Shown here one piece after another: positions 56,319-64,000 of a stretch of 64,000 nucleotides of DNA (position 1 is its first letter; every line of letters starts with the position of its first letter). Source of the stretch: an uncultured Pseudomonadales bacterium (lineage in GTDB: Bacteria > Patescibacteriota > Microgenomatia > UBA1400 > PJMF01); contig CAZOVA010000002.1 of the NCBI GenBank assembly GCA_964583625.1, forward strand, positions 29,452 through 93,451, given 5' to 3'. A program made the position numbers and the translations under genes. The notes below the pieces were generated by a model. That model saw only the letters and a program-made list of their open reading frames with translations, had not been told where the DNA came from and made no database searches.

Positions 56319-58019
56319 TTTTTGTAAAAGTTGGTTTTTTAAACTAGCTGCCTTACTTGATTCAGGCTTGAGGGACAAAGATAAGTCTAAGTCAGCTAAA
56401 GCTTCTTGATAACGACCAAGTTTTTCCAAAGAAATACTTCGATTAATGAGGATCTGGCTACTAAAATCGGCTAAGGCACTGGGAGTGCTGGCCAAAGCTT
56501 GATTAAAACTAATCAAAGAAGCAGAAAAGTCTTTTAGTTCGCCCTGAGAGATACCCAGCTGATTGTAGACTAAACTCAGTCTTGTCTCTGGAATCAGATT
56601 TTTAGCTAGAGCTTCGTGGGTGAGAGATACCGCCCCCTCATTATCACCTAATTTGCTTTTTACATCAATTAGATTGGTATAAGCAGCAGAACTAGGAGAA
56701 TAGTCAAAAAGAGCATAAGCAAAAGCCAAAGGCTGGCGAAAATCTTGGGCATAAAGCCAACTTCTACCACTAGCATTCAAAATTAATAATAAAAATAAGA
56801 AACTAAAGACTTTACCAAAAGGGTTTTGGACGGCCCACCAGGACTTTAAGTTTTTGGTGGTCAATTTTTGCTGAAAAAAAGGCAGTTTTTTAAGAAAAGC
56901 ATTGAGGAGAAAGACAATGCCTAATAAAGGCAGAAAGGATCGATGCTCTAGAAAATCAACAAAGCCTGTCATATTGGTGGTGCTAAAAAAGAGCGGAGGG
57001 AAGGTGAAAATCACAAACCAAAACCAATAAAAAATTCTACCTTGAGAGGTCATTTTTTTTATTGTTAGCCAAAACAAAAGTAAAAATAAGATCGAACCAG
57101 CAAAAGTATTGAAAGGCGAATAAAGGGAGGTAATAAAAACATTGTGGGGAAAAAGCAGCTTAAAGAGCGTTTCTGGGATGGTGGGTAAATACTTCTTCAA
57201 ATTGGCCAAACTCATAGTGGCAGTACCTGCTTCCAAATAATAGGCAGCCTGCTGAAAATAACGCCAGATCAGAGCAATAATAATGAAAAGCAGGGCCAAA
57301 GAAATATTTTTGCCAGTAAAAATTTGTCGCCAAATAGATATTTTTGCAACCTTTTGTTTTTTGGGAAAGGGAAAATGAAAAGAAAAATAATAAACCACTA
57401 AGACCAAAGGGGTAACGCCAGCCACCTCTTTGGAAAAGAGAGCCAAAGCAAAAAAGAGGGCGGTCAAAAGTAAGTAAGACCAAGTATTTTTTTGTAAATA
57501 TTTGACAAAAAAAATAAAACAGAGACAAACAAAAATAGTCACTTGCAAATCACCACGAGCAGGAATCCAAGTAGCTAGACTGGTAAACAAAGGACTAGTA
57601 GCATAAAAAATTGTTAAACAAAAAGCTAATAATCTAGGGGAATGAAAAATTTTTTCCAAAATATAAAAAATCAAGCTAATAGCAATAAAAAATAAAAGCA
57701 AATTGTGAAGATGAAAGACTGGCAAGAGGCTGGTAAATTGATCGATCTTATTAGTCGATAGATGGGTATCCAACATATAGGAGAGATTTTGCAAGGGACG
57801 ATAAAAACTACTTTTATCTCCCAACCAGGCTCCAGAACGGAAGACGAGAGAAAGATTGCCCCAATCGGAAAAAAGCTCAAGGCGACCAAGAATGAGATCA
57901 GTATCGTCAAATCCACTGTAACCAAAATCGACTACCTGACCATAAATAGTGATCAATAGAAAAAAAATAATAATATAAGGCCAGAACTTTGCCCAAAAAC
58001 CCTGCCACCAATTTTTCAT
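56307..58019 (-). CDS. TMTC-like protein: GT-C type membrane domain fused to C-terminal TPR repeats
   Basis: N-terminal MKNWWQGFWAKFW... multi-pass membrane domain with DD motif in the first loop (GYSGFDDTDLI). C-terminal TPR repeats (NQLGISQGELKDFSASLISFNQALA..., RYQEALADLDLSLSL). Confidence 0.6.
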   Translation of the reverse strand: MKNWWQGFWAKFWPYIIIFFLLITIYGQVVDFGYSGFDDTDLILGRLELFSDWGNLSLVFRSGAWLGDKSSFYRPLQNLSYMLDTHLSTNKIDQFTSLLPVFHLHNLLLFFIAISLIFYILEKIFHSPRLLAFCLTIFYATSPLFTSLATWIPARGDLQVTIFVCLCFIFFVKYLQKNTWSYLLLTALFFALALFSKEVAGVTPLVLVVYYFSFHFPFPKKQKVAKISIWRQIFTGKNISLALLFIIIALIWRYFQQAAYYLEAGTATMSLANLKKYLPTIPETLFKLLFPHNVFITSLYSPFNTFAGSILFLLLFWLTIKKMTSQGRIFYWFWFVIFTFPPLFFSTTNMTGFVDFLEHRSFLPLLGIVFLLNAFLKKLPFFQQKLTTKNLKSWWAVQNPFGKVFSFLFLLLILNASGRSWLYAQDFRQPLAFAYALFDYSPSSAAYTNLIDVKSKLGDNEGAVSLTHEALAKNLIPETRLSLVYNQLGISQGELKDFSASLISFNQALASTPSALADFSSQILINRSISLEKLGRYQEALADLDLSLSLKPESSKAASLKNQLLQKIQN

Positions 58020-58080
58020 CAGGTAAGCATTATAGCATGGGTTTATGGGAGGTTTGAAGAATGTGTTACAATCATAAGCG

Positions 58081-58821
58081 ATGATAAGAAAAAAGAAAAT
58101 TGTAGTGGTTTTACCAGCTTATAATGCGGCCGCCACTTTGGTTAAAACCTGTGCGGAAATCCCGAAAATAGTCGATGAAATTGTGCTCGTTGACGATAAA
58201 AGTACCGATGAGACGATTAAAATCGCTAAAAAAATCGGTATTCGTCATTTAGTTCGCCACCAAAATAATTTAGGTTATGGCGGCAATCAAAAAACTTGCT
58301 ACCGTCAAGCTTTGAAATTGGGTGCTGATATTGTAGTGATGCTCCACCCTGATTATCAGTATACGCCCAAACTAATTGAATCGATGTGTTTTTTAATTGC
58401 CAATGAAGTTTATCCAGTAGTTTTGGGCTCGAGAATTTTGGGTAAGGGGGCTTTGAAGGGCGGAATGCCTCTTTATAAGTATATTGCCAATCGTTTTTTG
58501 ACCTTAGCTCAAAATTTTCTCATTGGTCAGAAACTGAGCGAATATCATACTGGTTTAAGAGCTTTTTCTGGTGAAGTTTTGCGGGCCATCACTTATGAAA
58601 AGAATAGCAATGATTTTATTTTTGACAATCAGATGCTTTTGCAGATTTTTGCGGCTGGCTTTGAGGTGGCAGAAATTACTTGTCCCACCAAGTATTTTGC
58701 TGAAGCCTCTTCTATTAATCTCCGACGAAGTATCAAATATGGCTTTGGCGTGCTTGGAGAAAGTGTAAAATATTTTTTAGGGCAGTATAATAAAGAGAGC
58801 AATGACAAAAAAAATAATTAA
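58081..58821 (+). CDS. glycosyltransferase family 2 (polyprenyl-phosphate sugar transferase-like)
   Basis: VVVLPAYNAAATL, VLVDDKSTDET, DxD-region. GT-A fold. Confidence 0.8.
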   Translation: MIRKKKIVVVLPAYNAAATLVKTCAEIPKIVDEIVLVDDKSTDETIKIAKKIGIRHLVRHQNNLGYGGNQKTCYRQALKLGADIVVMLHPDYQYTPKLIESMCFLIANEVYPVVLGSRILGKGALKGGMPLYKYIANRFLTLAQNFLIGQKLSEYHTGLRAFSGEVLRAITYEKNSNDFIFDNQMLLQIFAAGFEVAEITCPTKYFAEASSINLRRSIKYGFGVLGESVKYFLGQYNKESNDKKNN

Positions 58822-60124
58822 TCTCTTACCTTTGGGCGGAATGGCGGAATGGTCACCAGCTGAACAATTGGAATTTGAAAGATGGAAGAAAATTATTGAT
58901 GAAACTTATGCTTTATATGGTTTTTCTAAAATAGAAACGCCAATTTTGGAGAGAGAAGAAGTTTTACTAGCAAAAGCTGGTGGCGAAACAGAAAAACAAA
59001 TTTATCGTTTCAAAAAAGGTGATGCTGATATCGCTTTGCGCTTTGATCTAACTGTTCCCTTAGCCCGGTATGTCGCTTTACATCAAAATGAGCTACAGTT
59101 TCCGTTTCGGCGACGGACAATTGGTCAAGTTTACCGGGGGGAGCGAGCTCAGAGAGGTCGTTTTCGTGAGTTTTATCAAGCAGATGCTGATATTATTGGT
59201 CGCGAGACTTTGGACTGGCAGTATGATGCAGAGGTGATTGGCTTGATTGCGGCCACTTTTTCTCGCTTGGCCATTGGAGATTTTCTTATTTCTATCAATA
59301 ATCGAAAAATTTTATTAGGCTTTTTGCAGGCCTTAAAAATTCCCGATGAAGCGGAAGTGATGCAACTTTTGGATAAGGCAGATAAAATTGGTGAGAAAAA
59401 AATGCGTGCAGAATTGTCCCTTTTGAGATTGAATGCTTTAGAAATTCGAAAAATTGTCCAGTTTGCTCAAATTCGAGGATCATTAACTGAAGTCATACAG
59501 TCTTTATTACGTTTGGACTTGGATAATCCGACTTTCAATCAAGGTTTGGCAGAATTAGAAGCTGTGGGAAAATTGCTACCAGCTCTAGGTTTGAGTGAAG
59601 ACAACTATCAATTTGATTGCGCTATCATTCGGGGCTTGGATTATTATACGGGAACTATTTTTGAGACCAAACTCAAAGAAGCTCCAGAATTAGGTTCAGT
59701 TTGCTCTGGTGGGCGTTATGACAATCTAGTGGGCAGTTTTGCCAAAACTAAAATGCCCGGAGTGGGTATGTCAATTGGTCTAACTAGACTTTTTTTTCAA
59801 CTAAAAGAACTAAATTATTTTCCTTTGACCCAAAAGACTGAAAGTCAAGTGATTATTTTACCTCTGACGACAGATTTGCCCGCTGTTTTGAGGGCGGCAA
59901 CTGCTTTGCGGGCAGCACAAATAAAAACAGAGATTTATTTACAAACGGCAGGGATGAAAAAGAAAATGAAGTATGCTGCCGACCTAAATATCCCCTACTC
60001 TCTTATTATTGGTGATGAAGAGATTGCCCAAAATAAAGTTGCTTTTAAAAATATGCAAACTGGCGAACAAAAACTTCTTAGTTTACGTCAAGTAATGGCA
60101 GAAATTAATGCTGGAGAAAATTAA
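58802..60124 (+). CDS. hisS: histidine--tRNA ligase
   Basis: Class II motifs (YRFKKGDADIALRFDLTVPLARYV, QIYRGERAQRGRFREFYQAD, GGRYDNL), C-terminal anticodon-binding domain. Confidence 0.95.
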   Translation: MTKKIINLLPLGGMAEWSPAEQLEFERWKKIIDETYALYGFSKIETPILEREEVLLAKAGGETEKQIYRFKKGDADIALRFDLTVPLARYVALHQNELQFPFRRRTIGQVYRGERAQRGRFREFYQADADIIGRETLDWQYDAEVIGLIAATFSRLAIGDFLISINNRKILLGFLQALKIPDEAEVMQLLDKADKIGEKKMRAELSLLRLNALEIRKIVQFAQIRGSLTEVIQSLLRLDLDNPTFNQGLAELEAVGKLLPALGLSEDNYQFDCAIIRGLDYYTGTIFETKLKEAPELGSVCSGGRYDNLVGSFAKTKMPGVGMSIGLTRLFFQLKELNYFPLTQKTESQVIILPLTTDLPAVLRAATALRAAQIKTEIYLQTAGMKKKMKYAADLNIPYSLIIGDEEIAQNKVAFKNMQTGEQKLLSLRQVMAEINAGEN

Positions 60125-60141
60125 AGTTTTTCTAGTTTTTT

Positions 60142-61479
60142 TTAGCGGTTGATCATTTTTTGGAAGGTTTGAATTAGTAACTGAGGATCAATTTTTTCTT
60201 TGAGCTGGCGCATAATCTGTCCCAGAAAAAATCCCTGGAGTTTTTTTTCTCCTTGCTGGAAACGAGCAACTTCTTGAGAATGAGATTGGAGGATATCAGT
60301 AATAATTTTTTCCAATTTTTCTTGATCAATAGTGACGGTGGAAGTTTGAGCTTTGAATTTATCTAAAACCTCGACTATTGGGTCACCAAACTGCCAGCGA
60401 ATCTTTTTATTAACCAAAAAATTTGCCAATTGCTCTATTTGACAACCTTCTTTTTTTGCCAATTGCCATAATTTTTGACTCCAAGAAATTTTTTCTTGAG
60501 TGGTAATAAATTTACTAGCATATTTTTCTGATAGCTGATATTTATTTTGCCAATCGCTTAAAATAGTTTGTTGATTGGGCGGCAGTTCTTTTCTCCAAGT
60601 GTCAATTTGTTTTTTGGTAAACTGCAATGAGGGCAGATCAGGATCGGGAAAGTAACGATAATCAATAGCATTTTCTTTGTCTCTTTGGACAAAGGTTTTA
60701 CCTGTTTGACTATTGAAACCAAAAGTTTGTTGTTTGATTTTTTCTCCTGCGTCCAAAAGTTTTGTTTGACGAGCAATTTCATAATCAATTGCCTGACCCA
60801 TAAAGTTGAAAGAATTAATATTTTTAACTTCAACCTTATACGAGGGCAGTTTTTTTGCTTGAGCCTGTTTGGCTGTTTGCAAAGAGATATTAGCTTCCAA
60901 TCTCATCCCGCCTTTTTCCATGTCGGCCTCACTAAAACCCAAATAACGTAAAGCTTGGCGGATTTTTTTACCATATTCTATAGCTTGAGCGCTACTTTTA
61001 ATATCTGGCTCACTGACAATTTCTACCAAAGGAACTCCAGAACGATTGAAGTCGATGAGGGTGACTTTTTCTTCACCAATATGAGAGTGCAATAATTTAG
61101 CCGTATCTTCTTCAAGATGAATACGATTAATTCTAACAGGCCCAGCACTGGTTTCTACCACGCCATCATAACAGAAAGGTAAATCATATTGACTGATTTG
61201 ATAGCCTTTGGCTAAGTCAGGATAAAAATAGTTTTTTCGATCAAATTTGGAAAAAAGATTTATTTTACAATTGAAGAATAAACCTAGCTTGATAGTCCAT
61301 TCAATCGCTTTGGCATTGGCGACCGGCAAACCTCCAGGAAGGCCTAAACAGGTAGGACAAGTATAAATATTTGGCTGTGGAGCGGTAAAAGGATCATTTT
61401 GACAACCGCAAAACATTTTACTTTTAGTTTTGAGCTGAGTGTGAATTTCAAGACCGCAAACTAATGTATATTTTGCCAT
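60142..61479 (-). CDS. gatB: Asp-tRNA(Asn)/Glu-tRNA(Gln) amidotransferase subunit B
   Basis: GLEIHTQLKTKSKMFCGC...PNIYTCPTCLGLPG cradle domain, C-terminal YqeY-like domain. Confidence 0.95.
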   Translation of the reverse strand: MAKYTLVCGLEIHTQLKTKSKMFCGCQNDPFTAPQPNIYTCPTCLGLPGGLPVANAKAIEWTIKLGLFFNCKINLFSKFDRKNYFYPDLAKGYQISQYDLPFCYDGVVETSAGPVRINRIHLEEDTAKLLHSHIGEEKVTLIDFNRSGVPLVEIVSEPDIKSSAQAIEYGKKIRQALRYLGFSEADMEKGGMRLEANISLQTAKQAQAKKLPSYKVEVKNINSFNFMGQAIDYEIARQTKLLDAGEKIKQQTFGFNSQTGKTFVQRDKENAIDYRYFPDPDLPSLQFTKKQIDTWRKELPPNQQTILSDWQNKYQLSEKYASKFITTQEKISWSQKLWQLAKKEGCQIEQLANFLVNKKIRWQFGDPIVEVLDKFKAQTSTVTIDQEKLEKIITDILQSHSQEVARFQQGEKKLQGFFLGQIMRQLKEKIDPQLLIQTFQKMINR

Positions 61480-61482
61480 AAA

Positions 61483-62850
61483 TTATTTTTTCTCCAACCA
61501 ACTATTCCAATTAGTTCCCGATTCATAGGCGCTAGCCACTTCTACTACTAAGTCCTCTCGGTGCAAAGGAGCGATGATATTCAAACCTAAATAAAGATTA
61601 CCTTTCGGGTCGCGGTAACAAGGAACGCTAGCACTGGGCAACCCACAGATACTGCTAGACTCGGTAAAAATGTCTTCCAATTCACCGTCAATTTCATTAT
61701 CGTCACTTCCGTCCACTTTTTTCGCTAAACTGGGAGAGGTAGGACAAACTAAAACATCGTATTGCGAAAAAAGTCGGGCAAAATCTTGCACAAAAAGAGT
61801 CCGGACTTTTTGCGCTTGCCAGTAAAACTGGTCAGCAAAACCACTCGAAAGCATAAAAGTCCCCAAAGTGATTCTCTTTTTGGCCTCTTTTCCAAAAGCC
61901 TGACGATTTTCTCCGTAGCGAATTCCGTCATAGCGCGCCAAATTACTACTCACTTCACTTCTTTGCACGACTGTATAAATAGCCAAAGCTTCATTAGGGT
62001 CACGGGTTTGGGCCTTTTCTACTTGAGCGCCTAGTTTTTCCAAATCTCGCCAGACCTGCTCATAAAAAGGTAAAATAGGCTTTAATCCTGGTAAATCCAG
62101 GTAAATAAAACCAATTTTTTTACCTTGAAGATTTTCTTTGAGAGTGAGTTTTGGTAGAGATTCTGGAGAGGTAGTGGAATCCTGAGGGTCTTGACCACAG
62201 ATAAAAGGCAATAAAAAAGTGGCATCAGCTACTGTTTTGGTTAAAAAACCAGGAGTATCCAGACTGGAGGCCATTGCTGCCATCCCGTAACGGCTAGCGC
62301 GGCCATAACTAGGTCGCAAGCCGACGCAACCGCACCAGGCAGCTGGTTGACGGACACTACCGCCCGTCTCACTTCCCAAAGCAGCCAAGCAGAGATCGCC
62401 AGCGACGGCGGCCGCGCTACCGCCACTACTACCACCAGGAAGATGTTGATCATTGCGAGGATTCTTAGTCGGTCCAAAATCGGAAGTTAAAGTACTACTT
62501 CCATGAGCCCAAGCATCGAGATTGGTTTTACCTAAAAGATTCGCGCCCGCTTCTTCTAGTTTGGCGACAACCGTGGCTGAGTAAGGGGCGCGAAAGTGGC
62601 GCAAGACATTACTACTAGCCGTGGTGAGACTATTTTTAAGACAAAAATTATCTTTGATAGCTAAAGGCAAACCAGCTAGTGGAAGCTTTTCGGCTGGAGA
62701 AAACTTTTCATTAAGAGCTAAAAAAATATTTAAATTTTTATTTTCAGCCGCAATCGCTTGTTGACAAGCTTGCCAAACTTCTTGAGCAGAGAACTTTTTC
62801 TCTTTGATGCCATTGAGAGCCTGTAAAAAAGTCAACTGATTAAGTTTCAT
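61483..62850 (-). CDS. gatA: Glu-tRNA(Gln) amidotransferase subunit A
   Basis: Amidase signature GGSSGGSAAAVAG with Ser-cisSer-Lys triad context. Confidence 0.95.
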   Translation of the reverse strand: MKLNQLTFLQALNGIKEKKFSAQEVWQACQQAIAAENKNLNIFLALNEKFSPAEKLPLAGLPLAIKDNFCLKNSLTTASSNVLRHFRAPYSATVVAKLEEAGANLLGKTNLDAWAHGSSTLTSDFGPTKNPRNDQHLPGGSSGGSAAAVAGDLCLAALGSETGGSVRQPAAWCGCVGLRPSYGRASRYGMAAMASSLDTPGFLTKTVADATFLLPFICGQDPQDSTTSPESLPKLTLKENLQGKKIGFIYLDLPGLKPILPFYEQVWRDLEKLGAQVEKAQTRDPNEALAIYTVVQRSEVSSNLARYDGIRYGENRQAFGKEAKKRITLGTFMLSSGFADQFYWQAQKVRTLFVQDFARLFSQYDVLVCPTSPSLAKKVDGSDDNEIDGELEDIFTESSSICGLPSASVPCYRDPKGNLYLGLNIIAPLHREDLVVEVASAYESGTNWNSWLEKK

Positions 62851-63142
62851 GATCTAAAATTCTTTTGACAACAAAATATCCTTGATGACTAAAAGGGGCG
62901 TTTGCTAAAGCTTCTTTTTGTGACAATTGATTTTTTTCATCTATTTCGTCTGGTCGAGTAATATTAAGTAAATTATTAACCTGATAAGTGGGTTTCACTT
63001 TTTTGGTATCGATTTTGGTCAGTTTCTCTACCTCAGAAAGACTTTGACTAAAACCTTTAGCCAAACTTTCCCCTTGTTTTTGGTCAACGTTTAGCTTGGC
63101 TAGTTGAGCCATTTTTTCAACATCAGTAGAGGAAAATTTCAT
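62840..63142 (-). CDS. gatC: Glu-tRNA(Gln) amidotransferase subunit C
   Basis: About 100 aa, DVEKMAQLAKLNV..., position upstream of gatA with overlapping start/stop. Confidence 0.85.
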   Translation of the reverse strand: MKFSSTDVEKMAQLAKLNVDQKQGESLAKGFSQSLSEVEKLTKIDTKKVKPTYQVNNLLNITRPDEIDEKNQLSQKEALANAPFSHQGYFVVKRILDHET

Positions 63143-63149
63143 AAGATTT

Positions 63150-63629
63150 CTACAAAATGTTAATTAATTCCACATCAAAAATCAAAGTACTGCCGGCAGG
63201 AATATTGCCGACCGCTCGATCGCCATAAGCCAAAGAGGCTGGTATAACCAAGCGTCTTTTTCCTCCTACTTTCATACCAGGAATTCCTTGGTCCCAACCC
63301 TTGATCAATTCTCCCACTCCAATAGTAGTTTCAAAAGGTAAGTCTCTTTCCACCGAACTATCAAAAACAGTGCCGTCAGTCAAAGTGCCGTGATAGTGGA
63401 TTTTTATCTGATCACCAACTTTTACTTCGGCTCCCTCTCCCATAACTAAATCAGTAATTTGTAATTCTTGATTGCCAGACATATTTTCTCCTTTATTTTC
63501 ACTAATTTTACTTTCTTCTTTTTGCAACTTTTCTCTTTGAGGGTAAAAAGCGATCGCACACGCCAGGGCAAAAATCAAGACGCTAATTAAGAAAAATTTT
63601 TGTTTTTTGAAGAATTCTTTTTTGTCCAT
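63150..63629 (-). CDS. FKBP-type peptidyl-prolyl cis-trans isomerase (membrane-anchored)
   Basis: N-terminal TM, then FKBP domain (IHYHGTLTDGTVFDSS, GELIKGWDQGIPGMKVGGKRRLVIP, LIFDVEL). Start taken as MDKKEFF (63629); the ORF extends to 63695. Confidence 0.85.
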   Translation of the reverse strand: MDKKEFFKKQKFFLISVLIFALACAIAFYPQREKLQKEESKISENKGENMSGNQELQITDLVMGEGAEVKVGDQIKIHYHGTLTDGTVFDSSVERDLPFETTIGVGELIKGWDQGIPGMKVGGKRRLVIPASLAYGDRAVGNIPAGSTLIFDVELINIL

Positions 63630-63668
63630 AGGTGGATAATTATAGCACAAGAATGTTATAATGAATTT

Positions 63669-64000
63669 ATGGATTCTTTGCTGGTTTTTTATCAAAGTTT
63701 GCTAGCAATTACGACAATTATCGTCCTCGGTTTCCTCTTGGGAAAATTGAAAATGATCACTGCCGACAGTGCCAAAGTGATGGCCAATTTATTGCTGTCA
63801 GTAATGATGCCTTGTGCTCTCTTTATGGCTTTTGGCGAAAAATTTTCGCCTGAGTCTTGGCAGATGTTTCTCAAAGCAGTTATTGGTGGTTTATTGATGA
63901 TGGGGAGCGCGATTATTGCTTCGCGTCTAATTTTTCGTCAAAAAGATTTAGGCAAAAATTATTTTCAACACCAGTTTGCTTTCATTTTTAATAATGCTAG
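63669..64000 (+). CDS. AEC (auxin efflux carrier/malate permease) family transporter, 5' partial
   Basis: MDSLLVFYQSLLAITTIIVLGFLLGKLKMI...LLSVMMPCALFMAF typical AEC N-terminal helices. ORF runs off the window end. Confidence 0.6.
   Translation, partial: MDSLLVFYQSLLAITTIIVLGFLLGKLKMITADSAKVMANLLLSVMMPCALFMAFGEKFSPESWQMFLKAVIGGLLMMGSAIIASRLIFRQKDLGKNYFQHQFAFIFNNA

Noticed and set aside
10202-63874. Other short antisense or overlapping ORFs in the six-frame track. Examples: 1397-1579, 2074-2262, 5199-5393, 10202-10549, 12379-12561, 17427-17636, 18631-18942, 19577-19774, 21913-22134, 23970-24221, 24570-24773, 25005-25196, 27075-27263, 28266-28472, 30363-30733, 31686-31880, 33915-34100, 35749-35970, 36872-37054, 37704-37947, 40163-40920, 41260-41493, 41948-42130, 42902-43156, 43422-43610, 43765-43947, 45395-45742, 46771-46962, 47207-47404, 47828-48082, 48961-49158, 49811-50128, 51536-52178, 53689-53925, 54419-54778, 54936-55136, 55510-55713, 57160-57959, 58571-58768, 59295-59483, 60558-60951, 61749-62034, 62241-62477, 63692-63874
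   Set aside because: Each is nested in, or antisense to, a longer ORF with clear homology-type motifs. None has an RBS or a recognisable domain. Treated as frame noise.
1-64000. Alternative genetic code (UGA recoded, as in some CPR/Mollicutes)
   Set aside because: Long conserved genes (gyrA, gyrB, lysS, pilB and others) are intact with TGA serving as stop, and Trp is encoded by TGG at conserved positions. The standard bacterial code fits.

Overview
This is a 64-kb, AT-rich and compactly organised bacterial chromosomal window. It reads with the standard genetic code: long intact ORFs use TGA as a stop and TGG for Trp. Gene content and local synteny point to a reduced-genome, fermentative Gram-positive-like lineage, quite possibly a Patescibacteria/CPR-type organism; this is inference from the sequence, not a database result. 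Supporting synteny: acpP-rnc, rpsP-KH, infC-rpmI-rplT, greA-lysS-serS, miaB-miaA, gatCAB, gyrB-ppa-gyrA, pyk and ldh, several ribosomal and replication proteins with extensions or truncations, and many glycosyltransferases. Most of the window is housekeeping (DNA gyrase; five aminoacyl-tRNA synthetase genes, lysS, serS, hisS, pheT and gatCAB; translation factors; RNase III; NusB; DnaX/HolB; RuvC; Dus; pyruvate kinase; LDH). Accessory or unusual content, in order of interest: (1) an orphan, membrane-anchored TraG/VirD4/HerA-type P-loop ATPase (17305-19656), translationally coupled to a small acidic protein and to cell-envelope sugar enzymes, with no other secretion or conjugation components nearby; (2) a 1.7-kb ORF-free, repeat-containing region (3531-5301) with three copies of a GATATAGTTTGATATAGTT iteron-like element, wedged between a membrane protein, a Xer-type tyrosine recombinase and tRNA-Ala; (3) a compact, AT-richer type II restriction-modification island (DPPY methyltransferase plus a Cys4 HNH nuclease) inserted between miaA and a tandem tRNA-Val pair; (4) two separated type IV pilus loci (pilB-pilT-pilC-pilin-pilD-pilA, and a minus-strand PilX-like-pilM-pilN-pilO block) surrounded by GT-C/TMTC-like, GT4, GT2 and Wzy_C/PglL-like genes that suggest surface or pilin glycosylation; (5) a thrice-repeated GCAGTYGTGCAAC motif upstream of miaB. 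Four tRNAs (Ala-GGC, Val-TAC, Val-GAC, Cys-GCA), several rho-independent terminators and extended -10 promoters are also called. No CRISPR array, rRNA, tmRNA or RNase P RNA was recognised.
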